A stretch of DNA of 55,152 nt, filler included, from Sluysia triapertura (lineage: Eukaryota): the NCBI GenBank assembly GCA_046118255.1. It is 4 parts of 4 records of this genome, joined end to end, with 100 filler letters (N's around TTAATTAATTAA, not from the genome) between each part and the next. Parts side by side here need not be neighbours in the genome. Positions count along the whole stretch, not along the records: positions 35,580 to 55,152 come from JBJNIA010059872.1; 3 more parts are not named here. One strand, 5' to 3'. The position numbers were made by a program, and so were the translations under genes. Below, in pieces: positions 49,630-55,152 of this stretch (position 1 is its first letter; each line of letters opens with the position of its first letter). The notes beneath the pieces are model-generated. The model saw nothing but the letters and a program-made list of their open reading frames with translations. It was not told where the DNA came from and did no database searches.

Positions 49630-50640
49630 TGTTAAAAAATTAAAAAAATAAGTTAAACAATTTTCGATGCTTACATTAAGTGAATTTGTTGGTTCACAAT
49701 ATTATTATGATAATTTTATTTTAACATTTCATAATAAAAAATATTTAGTACTCCATTGTATATGTCATACAAATATATTGATAGAAATATGTTATTCGAC
49801 TTTAGTAAAAAAGATAACTTAAAGATTGATTATGTGATGTATTCTGTTAACGACAAGCAAATAAAAGATGGTAGATCAGAAGATGAATGATATTTATCAC
49901 AATATTTTTAAAGATCAGAATAATCATCTAATAAATACAAAATTTTTTAAGTCAAAGTTAACTACAGATGTAGGATTGATTGTAAGTAGTTTGTTTCATG
50001 ATTTATTAGATGTGCTAAAATTAATAAAATCTGTTAGATTAGCCGAAGTACAAAATATTAGTACAAGAAGTTGAAGAGAACAATTTCATGCACGTCAATT
50101 TAAAGAATCCATTATGATTATTGAAAATAATAAAAAGGTTATACTATCAAGTTTAAATCATGTTTATTCTTTGAAATATAAATTGACAAAACGAGATAAA
50201 AGTATTCTTAGATTAATTATAACAATTAATGATCAAGTTGTAGAAATTTCTATTAATATATGTTTAGCTTTTTACAAATTAGTTATTACAAATATAGTAA
50301 ATGTCGATTTATGTAACATCAATAGTGAAGGACATGTCCAAAGTAAAAAACAAGAACTGTCTGTTCAAAATTCTTCTATAGAAGCAGCCAATCTTTCTAT
50401 ATAAATTCACAGATTTACGCTAATGAACACAAATACTAAAAGAAAGCTATTTGCATTTATGGAACTACGAAGACTGCCGAATGTTCCTGATATGGCAAAA
50501 AATGCAAAGACTGTCATCGAATTCATGAAATTAGCGATGTCCTTAATCCTCATTGAACTTCAGTAATCACTATGACAGAATCAATTCTATATTATCAAGT
50601 TTGGCAGTCACATCATTTGATCCGGTGATCCAGAAAGATT
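49630..50640 (+). pseudogene. Module-5 cargo gene: decayed protein with C-terminal CCCH finger
   Basis: Broken ORFs 49868-50074 and 50114-50404, then HKY*KKAICIYGTTKTAECS*YGKKCKDCHRIHEISDVLNPH at 50428-50553 in one frame. Confidence 0.65.
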
Positions 50641-52307
50641 TAAAAGTAAATTTTGCAATTTAATTTAATTTTGTATAAATCATTTATGCATTTGTATTTT
50701 TTAGAACTACAATCATAACTGCGTCCAGGCATACTCAATAAATGTCTAAACTGTATTCAAAAATTGCTGTTTTTTATGTAAAATTAAATAAAATAAATCA
50801 ATTTAGTCGTAATTTTTATGTTTGTCTAGAATTTAATAAATTTAAGTTAATCTTAGTAATAAGAATCGTAATAAATTATAATTATAATGTTGATTTTGTA
50901 TTCTCTCTAACTAAATAAATTAATATTGTTAACCAAGTTTTCCATCTCGCATAATCATCAATTAGAATATAATACAAATAGAAATAACAACCTATTACCA
51001 CAAATGAATCTTTTTCTGTTGATGGTAACTGTGCAGTATTTACTTTCTACCGATACTGTATTTTTTCACTTTTATTCTATATTTAATTCTTTTATATTAT
51101 ATAACAAATTTTGTTTTATAGTTAATATTATATAAATGATTCTAATAAATAATGGTGAAAATATGACCAATTTCATCCGCATAAAAAATAATTTTGATCT
51201 TTAATATAATTCACTTATACATTTAAAGATATCACTTAGTAGTTAAGTGCTTATATGTATTACATGGTGTTTATTCGTTTCTATTTTAGTGGCTTTTCCT
51301 TTGTTCTTCCGATGCTACGTTTAATGTGTATACTTTTTTACTTGATATTTAAATTTTGTGAGTTTCAGTTTGTATTATTCATAATATTTTTGTTTAATTT
51401 TTGATTGTTAAAATGTTCCGGATCTTTTTTCACAATTACCCTAGGTGAACTTATTAAAATTTTATTTTAAATTCATTGCGATATTTTTTGGAAGTATATT
51501 ATTGTAATTCACTATAAAATTGTAAAATTTTACTAATATTACAATTTATTGAATTTTAAACAAACTTTTAACGCATAACTTAAACGGAACTTTATAGAAA
51601 ATGTATATGTCTATTTTAGTATTTTATCAGTTGTTGCTTTTATTAGTTTAATTCTTTGAGGGTTCGAAATTTTATTATATTGATTTGCGCTTACATCTAT
51701 AAATAATCTAGAAAAGTTAAGATAGTTAATAGTTTTAAAAAATTCATAGTAATTCATGTGAATCGATCCTTGTAATTTTTTATTGATTAAATTTTTTATT
51801 CTAAATTTACTTTCTAGTTTGAATAAGTAAAATATAAAAATTAATCTAGATAAGCGAATTATAAATAGAAAGTTAATTTTAGAAAAACTCATTAATTATT
51901 TTTGAAAAAATATGAAAAGAAGCTGTATATTTTAATTAATTTTTTTATTGCTTTGTATATTAATTTTATATTAAAGTTTTAAGTAATTAAGAATAATTCA
52001 AATTAGTGAAATTCAATTTATATTTGGTTTGAAAATAAAAATTTCAGAAAAATATTAAAACGTTATAATAATTATGAAACAGTAATATAAAAATAATTCA
52101 ATGTATGAAAATATTGTAAATACATTTATACTATAAACAATAAAGTAATAGAAAAAAAAATAAATTAAATATATTGTTTAACTTATCTTTTAAATATAAA
52201 ACTTGAAATCTATGCGTATTTATACTTATATTTGAATTTTTAAACAATAAACGCAAATATATTATCAATTTTCAAAGCAATTTTTAATAAATAAATAAAT
52301 ACATATT

Positions 52308-52309
<2 letters not shown>

Positions 52310-52356
<47 letters not shown>
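52310..52356. repeat. (TAA)n microsatellite
   Basis: Long pure TAA run. Confidence 0.9.
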
Positions 52357-52357
<1 letters not shown>

Positions 52358-55152
52358 TATAATATAATTTTAAAAAATTTTATATAACAAGTTTAATTAA
52401 TTTAAATAGTAGAAATAAATTGAATTGGTATAGATCGTTCTGATTGGTTGAGGTTTTATTGTTTGGAGTGAGTATTATGCTAAATTCTTATTGGAAAAGT
52501 TTTTTTGGTTATTGATTTATATGATGTTTATTGTATTTACACTTGCTTGGAACTTAGAGTATTTGCACTGATAGTCAAAGTCGATTTTAATGGTCAGTTA
52601 ATCAAAAAGGTAAGTCACTACAATATCAGTTATGATCTGCTGTCACTTAAAATGACAACCAACCATGCTTATATAATTTATACAAGAACATTACACTTGT
52701 AGAAAAGTGTTGTTTACGATAAAATTTTTTCCTATACTGTGAGTTCGCCTATGAACCTTGTCTTACGTATTATGGATAGTCCGCAGGATTTTAATAAAAT
52801 GAACAATTTATAGCTAATGGAGGTTTATATTATGTCAATTCTTAAGAGAGTGCTAATCCACTTATACTTAAATTTATAAAGTTTAACTTTAAATTTAATT
52901 TAACGAGAAAATTAGTGCTGAATTAATTGTGGTTCACTCTTAATTAGAATCACAAATTCGATTAAGTACACTTCTAAAGATTTTTATTTAATAGTAAATT
53001 TATTATTAAAGTTAGAATTATTCCGATTCCCTTTTAAATGGAATTGTCTGAAATTAATAATTTTATTATGGTTTTTGAATTAAGTAGAACCGAAAATTTT
53101 TCTTTTCTTTCTTTGGTTATGAAATTTAAAAATATTTGTTATAAATCTCTTTGTTCTAAAATTAAAAGGCAATTAATTGTGCGAAATTTTATTACTAAAT
53201 GGGAATAGTGATATTACAAACCATTGGCATAAAAAATTTTTAGAAAAATTGTTCTAATAATAAAGATATAATAATTTCAATAATAATGATTTCTCATACA
53301 ATTAGAAATTTTTTATAATAAAAACTTTTTGTGTACATTGGTTTCATAAAACTTGTATAATGTAGTGTAGGAACAGTGCAAACATCTTATTGACCTCTAT
53401 GTCCTCTATGACGATACGAATGGCAACGGATTGATTCTTTTGAATTCAAAATTATATAAGAAAAGATTTTCAATTATTATTTTATTACACATCATAAATG
53501 AAATATTTTTCTGTTTCTATTTAATAGATTACTTTTCTTATTCGAAACAACATGATAAGATGTTACATTTTTATTAATGCTATTATTATGATTATATTTG
53601 TCATGACAATTAGTTTATTTCATGCAAATTTGTGTATTTTTATTTTTAAATTTTTAGATGAAGCACAAATTTAGAATTAGTATAAGTTTTAAAGAAATTT
53701 TAAATTTATAATGTAAACTTTAAACTAATGTAATTCAAGCGTTAATACTTTACATTTAGACAATTAGAACGAACGAATTTTTCGTAAGAAACAAGTGCAT
53801 CGAAACGTCATCTAAAGAAAATGCATTACAAAATTTTTGGATTAGGCATTGAAACTCCAAAGCATGTAAATGTTGTGTCTTTTATACTTTTATTTTTAAA
53901 TTATCCAATTATTACTCAAATTCCGAATCTCGATGTATTTTTTAAAATATCACAATTATGCAATGAAAATACACTTCTATTATATAAATAAAACTAATTA
54001 TTCTTTTAACAAAATTTTTCAATATATTATTATTACTACAAAGTTATAAATCTCTAAATGTTACAAATCACTGCCAGGGGTGACACAACTTAAAAAACAT
54101 CAATAAACCTTGACGCCTTATTAACAAGACTAAAAACAAAATAAACAAAATACTAACCTTTTTTAGGTCCGATTGTTGAAGAATAAGCCTCAATTTCACT
54201 GTTTCCACAAATGAATTGAGACAGTCCCTAAAGCTAAGAAATCTTCAATTTCTTTTTTATCTTTTCTTGCTTTCTGTTCTGTCATCTCTGCAAAAATGCA
54301 ACTGCTTGTATAGCAGATTTAAGGTCATTTTGGGGATTGAAAATTGAGCAAGACGGAAATTAAACTGATCAGTCTTTTAGTCTATAATAAGCCGACCAAT
54401 TTTAATGATTAAATTCGAACAGTAATTTCAAATTTCATTATCTTTTTAATTATTTAAAGGATTTGTGATAAACAATCTCCTTATCTTTTGAACATAATTA
54501 GATTAAAATTTAATATCATTATTTTGTAGCTATTATATCCATAGCGCAATTTATTAACTTAAATTAAGGATAAAATTAGTGAAATAATAAATTTATTTTT
54601 CATAGAAATATTTTGTATAATACTCTGTGCTTCATCCGTCAGTCGCACGTCAAGTTCAATAACATATTTGAATTGGTACATTTATGAGGATTAATTTAAT
54701 ATATACTTTGGGGGATTGTTTCCCTGGGTCCGTTTTTTTAATGTTGTAGGATGAAATGTTGGAGATAAAGTTGAGAGCGTTAAAACGGACAAGATAAAAT
54801 GATATAGATTAATTGGTAAATTAATGAAGTCGAATTGCTTTTGTGGTACATATATTTTAATATTTCGTAAGTCAAAACATTATACCTTACGATTGACTTA
54901 TGATTGACTAAAGATGTTTTATCCTGATTTCATTTAAAATTAACATTTGTTTTGTTATCACAATAATTCTTAGAAAATTGTTTATTAGTCTTAATATGTT
55001 TTATATGGTATATCTTGATAAAGTTATAATTAATTTTTGATTTAATTTTATTATTAATATAAAAATGACATAAAGAATGACACAAAAATTTTATTGTATT
55101 TATTGAAAGTTTATTTAATTTAAAAAATTTGCCGATGCGATTTGATCTATCT

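Overview
Very AT-rich eukaryotic (animal-like) genomic DNA, built from four contigs joined by artificial 100-bp gaps (N44-TTAATTAATTAA-N44). Spliceosomal introns are very short (33-46 nt). Only one clearly intact gene is present, a PAN-like plus C-type lectin at 25254-25964 (-). Most other coding traces are broken: syntaxin-1, a DEAD-box helicase, a cadherin repeat and a hAT transposase. There are also several MITEs (pogo/Tigger-type, two TTAA/piggyBac-type, a 70-bp hAT-type), a tRNA-Ala-like gene with a distorted anticodon arm, and (TAA)n microsatellites. The main unexplained structure is a dispersed non-coding module of about 0.65-1.4 kb, present in at least five copies (1153, 17300, 21190, 45788 and, inverted, 49550) plus fragments. 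Its order is: CCAAT-box hairpin, second pri-miRNA-shaped hairpin, (TAA/TTA)n, a conserved AAAYGCATAAA box, a strongly G/T-skewed body, and a terminal CCACCACA. Both hairpins show compensatory substitutions between copies. Each module sits directly upstream of a rapidly diverging, frame-broken gene. Three of these genes retain a C-x9-C...C-x3-H (CCCH) zinc finger, and two carry expanded D/N/Y/K/H tandem repeats. Some module-plus-gene units appear bounded by TGTGGT...ACCACA, which suggests an unrecognised gene-carrying mobile or selfish cassette family. All alignments and translations were done by eye and no database searches were run.
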